Below are positions 21,231-31,890 of a DNA stretch of 64,000 bases, piece after piece (within the stretch, counting starts at the first letter, position 1; the number at the start of each line of letters is the position of its first letter). The position numbers and the translations under genes are program-made. The notes under the pieces are model-generated. The model made no database searches. It worked only from the letters and a program-made list of their open reading frames with translations, and had not been told where the DNA came from. Source of the DNA: Flavobacteriaceae bacterium (lineage in GTDB: Bacteria > Bacteroidota > Bacteroidia > Flavobacteriales > Flavobacteriaceae); the NCBI GenBank assembly GCA_014239275.1, contig JAAZZF010000100.1:733-64732 (forward strand), given 5' to 3'.

Positions 21231-21962
21231 TCAAATACTTTTCCTTTTTATTTCTCCTAAAATAATTCCTACTGAAGAAGCTAGATTCAAGCTTTCTGGA
21301 AAATTATTGTTTTGAAACCTTGGGATGGATAAATTAAAATCCATTAATTTAAATAATCCACTAGAGATTCCATTTGCTTCATTTCCAAATACAATAATTC
21401 CATTATCTAAGGATTTATTATGTTGGTAAATAGATTTTCCATTTAATGATGCCCCTATTTTTATAGTTTTTGTAGATTTTAAATATGTATCTAAATCTAA
21501 ATATGTAATATTAACTCTGGAAACAGATCCCATAGCTGACTGAATAACTTTAGGGCTATAACAATCTACGGAATTCATGGAGCATATTATATCCTTTATT
21601 CCAAACCATTCACAAGTGCGAATTATTGTGCCTAAATTTCCTGGATCTCTTATAGATTCCAAAGCAATAATTAAATTATTATTGTCTATTGGCTTTGCAT
21701 CACTCAATTTAAAAATAGCTAAATGATCATCTGGATTAATTAAAAAACTAATTTTTCTTAATAAACTTTTATCAATTTTTATTTGATTTTTTATTTTATT
21801 AAATATGGAACAATCAACTGAGAAAAGCTTGATAAGTTCATAATCAGAATCCAAAAATTCAGCAATTGATTTTTTCCCTTCAACAATAAAACTACTATTT
21901 AAATGTCTAAATTTTTTATGCTTTAGACTATTTATGAATTTTATATCCTTTTTGGTAACCAT
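21231..21962 (-). CDS. TrmH/SpoU-family RNA 2'-O-methyltransferase
   Basis: DPGNLGTIIRTCEWFGI, IVFGNEANGIS and LNLASSVGI motifs. Confidence 0.85.
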   Translation of the reverse strand: MVTKKDIKFINSLKHKKFRHLNSSFIVEGKKSIAEFLDSDYELIKLFSVDCSIFNKIKNQIKIDKSLLRKISFLINPDDHLAIFKLSDAKPIDNNNLIIALESIRDPGNLGTIIRTCEWFGIKDIICSMNSVDCYSPKVIQSAMGSVSRVNITYLDLDTYLKSTKTIKIGASLNGKSIYQHNKSLDNGIIVFGNEANGISSGLFKLMDFNLSIPRFQNNNFPESLNLASSVGIILGEIKRKSI

Positions 21963-21973
21963 ATTTAAAGCTG

Positions 21974-21981
21974 TATTTTTG
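21974..21981 (+). promoter_or_regulatory. -7 box (TATTTTTG) for the Omp85 gene
   Basis: Exact TAnnTTTG, 17 nt upstream of the GTG start at 21999. Confidence 0.35.
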
Positions 21982-21998
21982 ATTATAATATTTTATTT

Positions 21999-24524
21999 GT
22001 GAAATATCGATTAGCAAAAATACTATTATTTATATTCTTGATTCCTTTTACTGAATCATGTGTTATTTCCAAAAATATTGAAAAAGGAAAATTAATTCTT
22101 AAATCTAACCAGATTTTAATAAATGGCAATTCAATCTCAAAAGATTCTCTAAAACCTTTACTAACCCAAAATAAAAACAAATATTTTTTAGGATTTCCTT
22201 TATCCGCATCATTGTATGAATCATCAAGAAAAAATCCTGATTCTATTTTTAATAAATGGTTAAAAAAATCTTCAAAAAAAGAAAAAAAATTAACAAAAAT
22301 ATTGTCTAAAAAACAGATTCAACAAATAAAAAAATATATTCAAAATTTTAATGATTGGAAAGAAAGAAATGGTGAAGAACTTCAATTAATAGACTCAACT
22401 AAAACAAAAATTTCTATTGAAAACTTAAAATCATATTTTAAAAATAACGGATATTTTGACGCTAACATTTCTTCAAAAATAGAGATAGACAAAAACAACA
22501 GCAATTACGGAAAAGTTATATACAATATTCTTTTAGGAAATCAATATTACCTTGACAATATCAAATCTAATATTCAATCAAAATTATTAGATTCTATATA
22601 TAGTAAAAATTTAGAAAGCTCTTTTTTAAAAAAAAATAACCCATTTAATACTTTAGATTTTGAATCAGAGAGAAATAGACTAGATAAGTTATTTAAAAAC
22701 TCTGGAATTTATAATTTTCAAATCAGTTCCATTTCTTTTGAAGCTTCAAGAGATTCTAGTGGTTTAGATTTAAGAATCCCTGTTAAAATAAATATTTCAG
22801 AATATAATTTAAAAAATGATAATTCACAATTAACTAATGAATATAAAATTCACTATATAAATGAAATAAATATTTATACTGATGATTTTATTTCTCTTTC
22901 TAAAGAAGATTTAGAAAATAGTATAGAATATGATAATATAAATATTTTTTCAAAAGGAAAACCAAGATACAAACCTGAAAATTTAACAAATTTAATACAT
23001 TTCAAAAAAGGAGATCCTTACAGCGATATTTTAAGGTCAAAAACTATTCGACAATTAAACAATCTTGAAAATTTTCAATATCCATCAGTTAGTTACAGTT
23101 ATTTAGAAAATTCAAATAATGAGTTAGAAGCTAATATTTTATTAAGCGCCAAAAAAAGATTTTCACTTGGTTTCGGATTTGATTTAAAACATTCAAATAT
23201 TGAAGATATTGGAATAGCTTTTGAAAACTCTTTTACTAGTAGAAATATTTTTCAAGGGGCTGAAAGATTAGAAATAAGTACTAGGGGAACTGTTGGAAAA
23301 TCAGCTAATACTACTATTTCAGAATTTGGAATTGATCTTAGGCTTAAATTTCCTAGATTCTATATGCCATTTAATTCTAAAAAGATACTTCCTCTTGAAT
23401 TTAATCCAACCACTTATATTGGTTTGGGCACATCAAAACAAACAAATATTGGCTTAGATAGACAAAGTTTTAAATTTGATTTGAATTATGATTGGACAAA
23501 TAAAAATGATCAAAAAATCAATTTAGGTTTATTTAATGTTGAGTTAGTTAATAATAAAAATAGCATTAACTACTTTAATATTTATTCTAGTTCATTTAAT
23601 TCTATAAATACAATTGCAAAAAATTATAATACCAATAGCGCCTATTTTGATGCTTTAAATAGATTGATTATTCCAGAAGGTATTAATTCATTTATAAGTG
23701 ATGTCATTTCTAATAATATCTCTTTAAGTCAACAAGATTATAATATTGTTAATTATATAAATGATCGAAGAAATAGACTTACATCAAACAACCTTATCAT
23801 TGGTTCAAATTTTTCAATAATAACAAATACTAGAAAAAATATTTTTGATGAAAATTTTTCTGAATTTAAATTTAAAGTAGAATTAGCAGGAAATATAACA
23901 AATTTTTTAGCAGGTCAATTTAATGCCTCCAAAGATCAATATGGAAACAAAAAAATTCTTGGATTGGCGTATTCTCAATATTTTAAAACGGAGTTAAATT
24001 ATATTAAACATTGGGCTATTTCTTCAAATTCAGTACTTGCTTTTCGAGGCTATTATGGTATTGCTGTTCCTTTTGGAAATTCAGACAATATTCCGTTTTC
24101 TAAATCATTTTTCTCAGGAGGTTCTAATGATAATAGAGCCTGGGAAGTATATAGGCTTGGACCTGGAAGCAGTGGAGCTATTAGCGAATTCAATGAAGCA
24201 AATATGAAAATTGCATTTAATTTCGAATACAGGTTTGAATTAATTGGCAAGCTTGATGGAGCAATTTTTACTGATATTGGAAATATTTGGAATGTATTTG
24301 ATAATACAAATGATTCAAAACGAACTTTTGATGGTTTTAAAGATTTTAATGAAATTGCTATTGGAACTGGAATTGGAATGAGATATAATTTAGGATACTT
24401 TGTTTTAAGGCTTGACATGGGATTAAAAGCTTATAACCCTGCATTAGATTTAAAAGAAAGGTGGCTAACTGATTTTCAACTTAAAAAAGCTGTATTCAAC
24501 ATCGGATTAAATTATCCATTTTAA
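21999..24524 (+). CDS. Omp85/BamA-superfamily outer-membrane protein with lipoprotein signal (TamL-like translocation and assembly module component)
   Basis: 841 aa. Lipobox-like LIPFTESC, POTRA-like repeats, a C-terminal bacterial-surface-antigen barrel (FFSGGSNDNRAW, GIGMRYN) and terminal F. GTG start verified. Confidence 0.7.
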   Translation: MKYRLAKILLFIFLIPFTESCVISKNIEKGKLILKSNQILINGNSISKDSLKPLLTQNKNKYFLGFPLSASLYESSRKNPDSIFNKWLKKSSKKEKKLTKILSKKQIQQIKKYIQNFNDWKERNGEELQLIDSTKTKISIENLKSYFKNNGYFDANISSKIEIDKNNSNYGKVIYNILLGNQYYLDNIKSNIQSKLLDSIYSKNLESSFLKKNNPFNTLDFESERNRLDKLFKNSGIYNFQISSISFEASRDSSGLDLRIPVKINISEYNLKNDNSQLTNEYKIHYINEINIYTDDFISLSKEDLENSIEYDNINIFSKGKPRYKPENLTNLIHFKKGDPYSDILRSKTIRQLNNLENFQYPSVSYSYLENSNNELEANILLSAKKRFSLGFGFDLKHSNIEDIGIAFENSFTSRNIFQGAERLEISTRGTVGKSANTTISEFGIDLRLKFPRFYMPFNSKKILPLEFNPTTYIGLGTSKQTNIGLDRQSFKFDLNYDWTNKNDQKINLGLFNVELVNNKNSINYFNIYSSSFNSINTIAKNYNTNSAYFDALNRLIIPEGINSFISDVISNNISLSQQDYNIVNYINDRRNRLTSNNLIIGSNFSIITNTRKNIFDENFSEFKFKVELAGNITNFLAGQFNASKDQYGNKKILGLAYSQYFKTELNYIKHWAISSNSVLAFRGYYGIAVPFGNSDNIPFSKSFFSGGSNDNRAWEVYRLGPGSSGAISEFNEANMKIAFNFEYRFELIGKLDGAIFTDIGNIWNVFDNTNDSKRTFDGFKDFNEIAIGTGIGMRYNLGYFVLRLDMGLKAYNPALDLKERWLTDFQLKKAVFNIGLNYPF

Positions 24525-24573
24525 ATCAATATTTCTTTTTAATTTAGCAATCTCTTATAACAAGAAAATTATA

Positions 24574-25641
24574 ATGAAGGAAATAAAAAGTGGAGTTGCA
24601 ACTGGAGATGAAGTCCAACAAATTTTCAAATTGGCAAAAGAAAAAAAATTTGCTTTACCTGCAGTAAATGTTATAGGTTCAAATTCAATAAATTCAGTTT
24701 TAGAGACAGCATCTTCACTGAATTCTCCAGTAATAATTCAATTCTCACACGGAGGAGCCATTTTCAATGCAGGAAAAGGATTATCAAATGACTATCAAAA
24801 TGGTGCAATTAAAGGTGCAATTGCTGGGGCAAAACATGTTCATGAACTATCTAAGGCTTATAATGTTTCTATAATTCTTCACACTGATCATGCTGCAAAA
24901 AAACTTCTTCCTTGGATTGATGGATTATTAACTGCCAGTGAAGAAAATTTTAAATCAACTGGAAAATCACTTTTTAGTTCTCATATGATTGATCTTTCTG
25001 CAGAGCCTCTTGAAGAAAACATCTCCATTTGCAAAGAATATTTAAAAAGAATGGATAAAATAGGTATGACTTTAGAAATAGAGTTAGGGATTACAGGTGG
25101 TGAAGAAGATGGTGTAGACAATACTGATATAGATAATTCAAAATTATATACTCAACCAGAAGAAGTTGCATACGCCTATGAAGAATTGTCTAAAATCAGT
25201 AATAAATTTACAATTGCAGCTGCATTTGGCAATGTTCATGGAGTTTATAAACCTGGTAATGTTAAGTTAACTCCAAAGATTTTAAAAAATTCCCAAGATT
25301 ATATTTCTAAAAAGTTCAATGTTCCAAATAATACTATAGATTTTGTTTTCCATGGTGGATCTGGTTCTTCAATTGAGGAAATTAGAGAAGCGATTGATTA
25401 TGGAACTATTAAAATGAATATAGATACAGATATGCAATATGCTTTTATGTCTGGAATTAGAGATTATTTTAATGAAAATAAAGATTTTTTAAAAACTCAG
25501 ATTGGAAACCCAGAAGGATCGGATATTCCTAATAAGAAATATTATGATCCAAGAGTTTGGCTAAGAAAAGCTGAAGAAAGCTTTAAAACTAGGTTAATTC
25601 AAGCTTTTCATGATCTAAATAATGTAAAAACACTTCAATAA
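24574..25641 (+). CDS. fbaA: Class II fructose-bisphosphate aldolase
   Basis: 355 aa. LPAVNV, ILHTDH, GNVHG and FVFHGGSGS motifs. Confidence 0.95.
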   Translation: MKEIKSGVATGDEVQQIFKLAKEKKFALPAVNVIGSNSINSVLETASSLNSPVIIQFSHGGAIFNAGKGLSNDYQNGAIKGAIAGAKHVHELSKAYNVSIILHTDHAAKKLLPWIDGLLTASEENFKSTGKSLFSSHMIDLSAEPLEENISICKEYLKRMDKIGMTLEIELGITGGEEDGVDNTDIDNSKLYTQPEEVAYAYEELSKISNKFTIAAAFGNVHGVYKPGNVKLTPKILKNSQDYISKKFNVPNNTIDFVFHGGSGSSIEEIREAIDYGTIKMNIDTDMQYAFMSGIRDYFNENKDFLKTQIGNPEGSDIPNKKYYDPRVWLRKAEESFKTRLIQAFHDLNNVKTLQ

Positions 25642-25652
25642 TTTAGGTTTCT

Positions 25653-25660
25653 TATATTTG
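25653..25660 (+). promoter_or_regulatory. -7 box (TATATTTG) for accD
   Basis: Exact TAnnTTTG, 17 nt upstream of the accD ATG. Confidence 0.4.
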
Positions 25661-25677
25661 AATAAATATCCTTAAAA

Positions 25678-26541
25678 ATGGCTTGGTTTAAAAGAACAAT
25701 AAAAGGAATTCAGACAACTACAAAAGAAAAAAAGGATACTCCAGAGGGGTTATGGCATAAAACTCCAACTGGTAAAATTATAGATACTGATGAATTAGAA
25801 GAAAATTTTTATGTCTCACCTGAAGATGGTTTTCATTTAAGAATAGGAAGCAATGAATATTTTAAAATTCTTTTTGATAATGAATACAAAGAATTAGATA
25901 AAAAAATATCCTCAAAAGATCCATTAAAATTTATTGATAATAAACCATATAAACAAAGAAGTAAAGAAGCTGAAAAAATAACAGGATTAAAAGATGCTGT
26001 AAGAATTGCTATTGGAAAATCATTAGGTAAAGAGTTAGTTATAGCTTGTATGGATTTTAGATATATTGGAGGTTCAATGGGGTCAGTAGTTGGTGAAAAA
26101 ATCACGAGAGCTGTAGATCATGCCATTTCTAAAAAAATACCTTTACTAATAATTTCGAAATCTGGAGGAGCTAGAATGATGGAAGGTGCTATTTCTTTAA
26201 TGCAAATGGCAAAAACATCTGCAAAACTTGCACAACTTTCAAATCATAAGCTTCCATATGTTTCTTTATGTACAGACCCTACTACAGGTGGGACAACTGC
26301 TTCTTTTGCTATGCTTGGGGATATAAATATTTCTGAACCTGGAGCTTTAATTGGATTTGCTGGACCAAGGGTTGTTAAAGATACTACAGGTCAAGACCTC
26401 CCCGAAGGGTTTCAAAAATCAGAATTTTTATTAGAGCACGGTTTTTTAGACTTTATTACTCCAAGAACAAAATTGAAGGAGAAAATAAATTTATATTTTG
26501 ATTTAATACTTAATAGACCTATTAGAAAGAACAGTATTTAA
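25678..26541 (+). CDS. accD: Acetyl-CoA carboxylase carboxyltransferase beta subunit
   Basis: 287 aa. [26 protein letters not shown] and GFAGPRV motifs. The N-terminal Cys4 zinc ribbon is absent. Confidence 0.9.
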   Translation: MAWFKRTIKGIQTTTKEKKDTPEGLWHKTPTGKIIDTDELEENFYVSPEDGFHLRIGSNEYFKILFDNEYKELDKKISSKDPLKFIDNKPYKQRSKEAEKITGLKDAVRIAIGKSLGKELVIACMDFRYIGGSMGSVVGEKITRAVDHAISKKIPLLIISKSGGARMMEGAISLMQMAKTSAKLAQLSNHKLPYVSLCTDPTTGGTTASFAMLGDINISEPGALIGFAGPRVVKDTTGQDLPEGFQKSEFLLEHGFLDFITPRTKLKEKINLYFDLILNRPIRKNSI

Positions 26542-26565
26542 TTCTATCATTTCAAAATTTAATCC

Positions 26566-26573
26566 TATATTTG
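26566..26573 (+). promoter_or_regulatory. -7 box (TATATTTG) for rpsO-pnp
   Basis: Exact TAnnTTTG, 54 nt upstream of the rpsO ATG. This is the only long leader among the 12 boxes found. Confidence 0.45.
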
Positions 26574-26578
26574 CGCCT

Positions 26579-26596
26579 CCAATAATTAAATATTGG
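26579..26596 (+). promoter_or_regulatory. 5'-leader hairpin of rpsO (CCAATA-ATTAAA-TATTGG)
   Basis: Perfect 6-bp stem with a 6-nt loop, starting about where transcription from the -7 box should begin. The 3' arm sequence AAATATTGG recurs at 26618-26626, abutting the ATG. Confidence 0.3.
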
Positions 26597-26627
26597 TTAC
26601 ATAATAATTATTTACAAAAATATTGGC

Positions 26628-26897
26628 ATGTATTTATCTAAGGAAAATAAAAAGGAAATATTTAAAAAGCACGGTAAATCTGAATCAGATACGGGCTCCG
26701 CTGAAGGACAAATAGCATTGTTTACAGCTAGAATCAACCATTTAACTAAACATCTAAAAAATAATCATAAAGATTATAATACTGAAAGGTCTTTAGTAAT
26801 GATGGTGGGTAAAAGAAAAAGCTTATTGAACTATCTTAAAAATAAAGATATTACTCGTTATAGAGAAATAATTAAAAAATTAAATCTCCGTAAATAA
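26628..26897 (+). CDS. rpsO: 30S ribosomal protein S15
   Basis: 89 aa. GSAEGQIALFTARINHLTKHLKNNHKDYNTERSLVMMVGKRKSLLNYL. Confidence 0.97.
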   Translation: MYLSKENKKEIFKKHGKSESDTGSAEGQIALFTARINHLTKHLKNNHKDYNTERSLVMMVGKRKSLLNYLKNKDITRYREIIKKLNLRK

Positions 26898-26960
26898 ATA
26901 TCCATCTCATAGTTTTTCATTGGTATTCTACCTAAGACACAACAAAACTTAATTTATTTA

Positions 26961-29159
26961 ATGAAAAATATGAAAATAAAAATTTACAAAGAATCCATCG
27001 ATCTTGGTGATGGAAGAAAAATTACATTAGAAACTGGAAAACTTGCAAAACAAGCTCATGGATCAGTAGTTGTTCAAATGGGAAAGGCTATGCTTTTATG
27101 TACTGTAGTCTCTAATTATGAATCTTCAAACGTAGACTTTTTACCATTAACAGTTGATTATAGAGAAAAATTTGCTGCTGCTGGTAGATATCCTGGAGGA
27201 TTCTTTAAAAGAGAGGCTAGACCAAGCGACGGAGAAGTATTAACTATGCGTTTGGTAGACAGAGTTCTTAGACCATTGTTTCCAAAAGATTATCATTCTG
27301 AGGTGCAAGTGATGATTCAATTAATGTCACATGATGAAGATGTAATGCCTGATGCTTTAGCAGGCCTTGCTGCATCTGCTGCTATACAATTAAGTGATTT
27401 TCCTTTTGAGTGTGCAATCTCTGAAGCTCGAGTTGCAAGAGTAAATGGAGAATTTATCATTAACCCAAGTAGAGCTCAATTAGCTAATGCTGACATTGAA
27501 ATAATGGTTGGTGCTTCTGCTGATTCAGTTATGATGGTTGAGGGTGTGATGGATGAATGTAGTGAAGAAGAAATGGCTGATGCAATAAAGTTCGCTCATG
27601 AATCTATAAAAATTCAAATTGAAGCTCAAGAAAGGTTAGCTGATGCCGTTGGCAGAAAGCAAGTTAGAGAATATGAAACTAGTGATGAAAACGAAGAATT
27701 AGCTAAAAAAATTCACGAAGCTTCATATGATAAATGTTACGCTATTGCAAAAAAAGGGACTTCGAAAGCTGAACGTAGTTTAGCTTTTGCTAATTTAAAA
27801 GAAGAATTAAAGGCTTCTTTCTCTGAAGAAGAAACTGAAGAGTATGGAAAGTTAATCCTAAAATATTTTAATAAATCTCAAAAAGAAGCAATTAGAGAAC
27901 TGACCTTAACTAAAGGAGTTAGATTAGATGGTAGAAAAACTGATGAGATTAGAGATATCTGGTGTGAAGTTGATTACTTACCATCAACTCACGGATCAGC
28001 TATATTTACCAGAGGTGAAACTCAAGCTTTAGCTACTGTTACTTTAGGAACATCTAGAGATGCTAACAAAATTGATATGCCGTCATTTGAAGGTGAAGAA
28101 AGTTTTTACTTACACTATAACTTCCCTCCATTTTGTACTGGAGAAGCAAGACCGCTAAGAGGAACGTCAAGAAGAGAAGTTGGTCATGGTAATTTAGCTC
28201 AAAGAGGTTTAAAAGGAATGATTCCTGATGACTGTCCATATACAGTAAGAGTAGTTAGTGAAGTTCTTGAATCAAACGGTTCCTCTTCAATGGCTACAGT
28301 ATGTTCTGGTACAATGGCATTGATGGATGCTGGAATTCAAATTACTCGACCTGTTTCAGGAATTGCTATGGGACTAATTTCTGATGGAGAAAGATATGCC
28401 GTTTTAAGTGATATTCTAGGTGATGAAGATCATTTAGGAGACATGGATTTCAAAGTTACAGGAACCTCAGAAGGAATTACTGCCTGTCAAATGGATATTA
28501 AAATCAAAGGATTATCATACGAAATTTTAGTAAATGCATTAAAACAAGCTAGAGACGGAAGACTTCATATTTTAGAAAAAATTACTGCTACTATAGAAAA
28601 ACCTAATTCTGAAGTTAAATCTCACTCTCCTAAAATGGTAACAAGTAGAATTCCTAATGAATTTATTGGTCCATTTATAGGTCCAGGAGGAAAAGTGATT
28701 CAAGAATTACAAAAAGTTACAGGCTGTACGATTGTTATAAACGAAGATCCTGAAACTGAAGAAGGAATTGTTGAAATTCTTGGTACAGATCAAGAAGGAA
28801 TTGACTCTGTTCTTGCAAAAATTGAATCTCTATTATTTAAACCTGAAAAAGGTAATACTTATAAAGTTAAAGTTATAAAGATGCTTGATTTTGGTGCTGT
28901 TGTTGAATACCTTGATGCGCCTGGAAATGAAGTACTATTACATGTAAGTGAAATAGCTTGGGAGCGTACGAATAATGTGAGTGATGTTTTAAAGCTCGGT
29001 GATACACTTGAGGTAAAATATTTTGGTATAGATCCTAGAACTCGAAAAGAAAAGGTTTCAAGAAAAGCTCTATTAGAAAAACCTGAAGGATATGTTGAAA
29101 GACCTCCAAGACCTTCTAAATATGATAATAGAAGAAAAGATAATAGAAATAATAGGTAA
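26961..29159 (+). CDS. pnp: Polyribonucleotide nucleotidyltransferase (PNPase)
   Basis: 732 aa. Two RNase PH domains ([23 protein letters not shown]), KH (IGPGGK) and S1 ([14 protein letters not shown]). The start could be M1 or M4. Confidence 0.97.
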   Translation: MKNMKIKIYKESIDLGDGRKITLETGKLAKQAHGSVVVQMGKAMLLCTVVSNYESSNVDFLPLTVDYREKFAAAGRYPGGFFKREARPSDGEVLTMRLVDRVLRPLFPKDYHSEVQVMIQLMSHDEDVMPDALAGLAASAAIQLSDFPFECAISEARVARVNGEFIINPSRAQLANADIEIMVGASADSVMMVEGVMDECSEEEMADAIKFAHESIKIQIEAQERLADAVGRKQVREYETSDENEELAKKIHEASYDKCYAIAKKGTSKAERSLAFANLKEELKASFSEEETEEYGKLILKYFNKSQKEAIRELTLTKGVRLDGRKTDEIRDIWCEVDYLPSTHGSAIFTRGETQALATVTLGTSRDANKIDMPSFEGEESFYLHYNFPPFCTGEARPLRGTSRREVGHGNLAQRGLKGMIPDDCPYTVRVVSEVLESNGSSSMATVCSGTMALMDAGIQITRPVSGIAMGLISDGERYAVLSDILGDEDHLGDMDFKVTGTSEGITACQMDIKIKGLSYEILVNALKQARDGRLHILEKITATIEKPNSEVKSHSPKMVTSRIPNEFIGPFIGPGGKVIQELQKVTGCTIVINEDPETEEGIVEILGTDQEGIDSVLAKIESLLFKPEKGNTYKVKVIKMLDFGAVVEYLDAPGNEVLLHVSEIAWERTNNVSDVLKLGDTLEVKYFGIDPRTRKEKVSRKALLEKPEGYVERPPRPSKYDNRRKDNRNNR

Positions 29160-29248
29160 TTAATTATTTTTTCTAATTTTTAAATTATTCTGGTTTTAAT
29201 TGTAACCTTTTTATAGATTTTAACGTATAATAGATTTAAAACCCTGAA

Positions 29249-30112
29249 ATGAGACAATTAAAAATTACAAAACAGGTAACCAATAGAGAAACAGCTTCTT
29301 TAGATAAGTATTTACAAGAAATAGGTAAAGTAGATTTAATTACTGCTGAAGAAGAGGTAGAATTAGCTCAAAAAATTAGAGCTGGTGATGAAAATGCATT
29401 AGACAAACTGACTAAAGCAAACCTAAGATTTGTTGTTTCTGTTGCAAAACAGTATCAAAATCAAGGTTTAACCCTTCCCGATTTAATTAATGAAGGGAAT
29501 TTGGGTTTAATTAAGGCTGCTAGAAGATTTGATGAAACAAGAGGTTTTAAGTTTATTTCATATGCTGTTTGGTGGATTCGTCAATCTATACTGCAAGCGT
29601 TAGCTGAACAATCCAGAATTGTAAGACTCCCTTTAAACAAAATTGGATCTATAAATAAAATAAATAAGATGTATGCCTTTCTAGAGCAAGCAAATGAAAG
29701 AGTTCCTTCAGCTGAAGAAATAGCAAAAGAATTGGATATGACTATTTCCGATGTGAAAGAATCAATGAAAAATTCTGGAAGACATGTCTCAATGGATGCT
29801 CCTCTTGTTGAAGGAGAAGATTCAAACCTTTATGATGTTTTAAGAAGTGGCGAATCTCCAAACCCAGACAGAAACTTACTTCATGAATCTCTTAGAACTG
29901 AGATAGAAAGAGCTCTTGAAACCTTAACCCCTAGGGAAGCAGATGTCGTAAGGCTATACTTTGGATTAGGAGAAAAACATGCTATGACATTAGAAGAAAT
30001 TGGGGAAACATTTGATTTAACTAGAGAAAGAGTTAGACAAATAAAAGAAAAAGCTATTAGAAGGCTTAAACACACCTCTAGAAGCAAAATTTTAAAAACC
30101 TATTTAGGATAA
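29249..30112 (+). CDS. rpoD: Primary RNA polymerase sigma factor (short Bacteroidetes sigma-A)
   Basis: 287 aa. Region 2 [31 protein letters not shown], region 4 [26 protein letters not shown]. Confidence 0.95.
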   Translation: MRQLKITKQVTNRETASLDKYLQEIGKVDLITAEEEVELAQKIRAGDENALDKLTKANLRFVVSVAKQYQNQGLTLPDLINEGNLGLIKAARRFDETRGFKFISYAVWWIRQSILQALAEQSRIVRLPLNKIGSINKINKMYAFLEQANERVPSAEEIAKELDMTISDVKESMKNSGRHVSMDAPLVEGEDSNLYDVLRSGESPNPDRNLLHESLRTEIERALETLTPREADVVRLYFGLGEKHAMTLEEIGETFDLTRERVRQIKEKAIRRLKHTSRSKILKTYLG

Positions 30113-30113
30113 A

Positions 30114-30767
30114 ATGAAGTTAATAGCACCATCAATGCTTGCCTGTAATTTTGGTGATCTCGAAAATGAGATTAAAATGGTAAATAATAGCAAAGCAAAT
30201 TGGTTTCATATTGATGTAATGGATGGTGTTTTTGTTCCCAATATTTCTTTTGGAACTCCAATAATGAATGTTTTAAAAAAATATGCAAAAAAACCATTAG
30301 ATGTTCATCTAATGATAGTTAATCCTGATAAATATTTAGAAAAATTTGCAGAACTTGGAAGTGAAGTTCTTACAGTACATATTGAAGCATGTACTCATCT
30401 TCATAGAACTGTTCAAAAGATTAAAAGTCTAAACATGAAAGCTGGGGTAGCAATCAACCCGCATACTCCTGTTTCATCTTTGGAATCAATTATAACTGAA
30501 GTTGATTTGGTCTGTGTAATGAGTGTTAATCCTGGTTTTGGTGGACAATCATTTATTGATTCAACTTATCAAAAAGTTAAAGACCTTAAATTATTAATTG
30601 AAAAGTATAAATCGAAGGCATTAATTGAAATAGATGGAGGAGTAAATTCTGAAAATGCAACAAAGTTGACTGAACAAGGGGCTGATGTTCTTGTTGCTGG
30701 AAGTTTTGTATTTAAGTCAGACAATCCAACCAACACGATCAGCACTCTTTCCACTTTAATAAACTAA
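30114..30767 (+). CDS. rpe: Ribulose-phosphate 3-epimerase
   Basis: HIDVMDGVFVPNISFG, VMSVNPGFGGQ, IEIDGG. 1-nt spacer after rpoD. Confidence 0.95.
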   Translation: MKLIAPSMLACNFGDLENEIKMVNNSKANWFHIDVMDGVFVPNISFGTPIMNVLKKYAKKPLDVHLMIVNPDKYLEKFAELGSEVLTVHIEACTHLHRTVQKIKSLNMKAGVAINPHTPVSSLESIITEVDLVCVMSVNPGFGGQSFIDSTYQKVKDLKLLIEKYKSKALIEIDGGVNSENATKLTEQGADVLVAGSFVFKSDNPTNTISTLSTLIN

Positions 30768-30809
30768 TTATTAATATATTTTATTTAATTTAAATACATA
30801 AATTAAATA

Positions 30810-31874
30810 ATGTATAATAATTCTATTTATGTGATAGGTTTAATGAGTGGAACATCTTTAGATGGGGTAGATATATGTTTAGTTTCCTTCAATAAATCTG
30901 ATTATACAAATTATAATATTCTATATGCTAAGACCTTTGGTTATAATAAAATTTGGATTAAAAAATTAAAAGAAGCTGTTTTATTAAATAATAAGCAACT
31001 TGATCGATTGGATAATGATTATGGAAAGCTATTAAGTGATTATGTAAAACAATTTATAAATGAGTTTAATATCTCTAAGGTCGATTTAATATCATCACAC
31101 GGGCATACAATTTTTCATCAACCAAATAAAGGAATAACACTCCAAATAGGTGATGGAAAGACAATTAACAAAAATACAAAAATCGATGTTGTTTCTGATT
31201 ATAGAACTCAAGATATAGAGTATAAAGGTGAAGGTGCTCCACTAGTTCCTATTGGAGATTTAGATCTTTACTATATGTACAAATATTGTTTAAACCTAGG
31301 AGGATTCTCTAACATTTCTATTAAAGACAAGAAAAACATTAAAGCCTTTGATATATGCCCAGTTAATACTGTCTTAAATCATTATTCGAATAAATTAGGA
31401 TATCCTTTTGATAAAGATGGTTTTTTATCGAATAAAGGGAGAATAAATACAAATCTTTTAAGAAAATTAAATGATATGAGTTTTTATAATAAATTAGGAC
31501 CAAAATCACTAGGAATAGAATTCGTTTTGTCAAAAGTTATACCATTAATTGATAAGTATATTATAAACCCTGAAGATGTTTTAATAACATATATTGAACA
31601 TATTTCAGATCAAATAAATAAGTGTATTATACCTAATTCGAAAGAAAAAATATTAATAACTGGAGGAGGAGTTTACAATAAAACTCTAATTGATTCTATA
31701 AAAAATAAACTTAAGACCAAATTAATTATTCCAAAAAAAGAAATAGTAGATTTTAAGGAAGCATTAATTTTTGCTTATATGGGTTTACTTAGAGTTAAAG
31801 GAAAAATAAACTGTTTAAAAAGTGTAACGGGAGCGACTAAAGATCATTCTTCAGGAAGAATATTTAAAAATTAA
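30810..31874 (+). CDS. anmK: Anhydro-N-acetylmuramic acid kinase
   Basis: 354 aa. GLMSGTSLDGVD N-terminal motif, ITGGGVYN. Confidence 0.9.
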   Translation: MYNNSIYVIGLMSGTSLDGVDICLVSFNKSDYTNYNILYAKTFGYNKIWIKKLKEAVLLNNKQLDRLDNDYGKLLSDYVKQFINEFNISKVDLISSHGHTIFHQPNKGITLQIGDGKTINKNTKIDVVSDYRTQDIEYKGEGAPLVPIGDLDLYYMYKYCLNLGGFSNISIKDKKNIKAFDICPVNTVLNHYSNKLGYPFDKDGFLSNKGRINTNLLRKLNDMSFYNKLGPKSLGIEFVLSKVIPLIDKYIINPEDVLITYIEHISDQINKCIIPNSKEKILITGGGVYNKTLIDSIKNKLKTKLIIPKKEIVDFKEALIFAYMGLLRVKGKINCLKSVTGATKDHSSGRIFKN

Positions 31875-31890
31875 AATCTATATCAGTTTT

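Noticed and set aside
26898-26960. A possible RNase III-type hairpin or terminator between rpsO and pnp, as in E. coli.
   Set aside because: The best pairing I could draw (AATATCCA with TGGTATT, one bulge, 16-nt loop) is weak and is not followed by a U tract.
29213-29240. Two direct near-repeats, ATAGATTTTAA and ATAGATTTAAA, 17 bp apart upstream of rpoD.
   Set aside because: They are short, AT-only and imperfect. They are most simply two degenerate -7-like boxes (TAGATTTT and TAGATTTA). There is no evidence for a regulator site.
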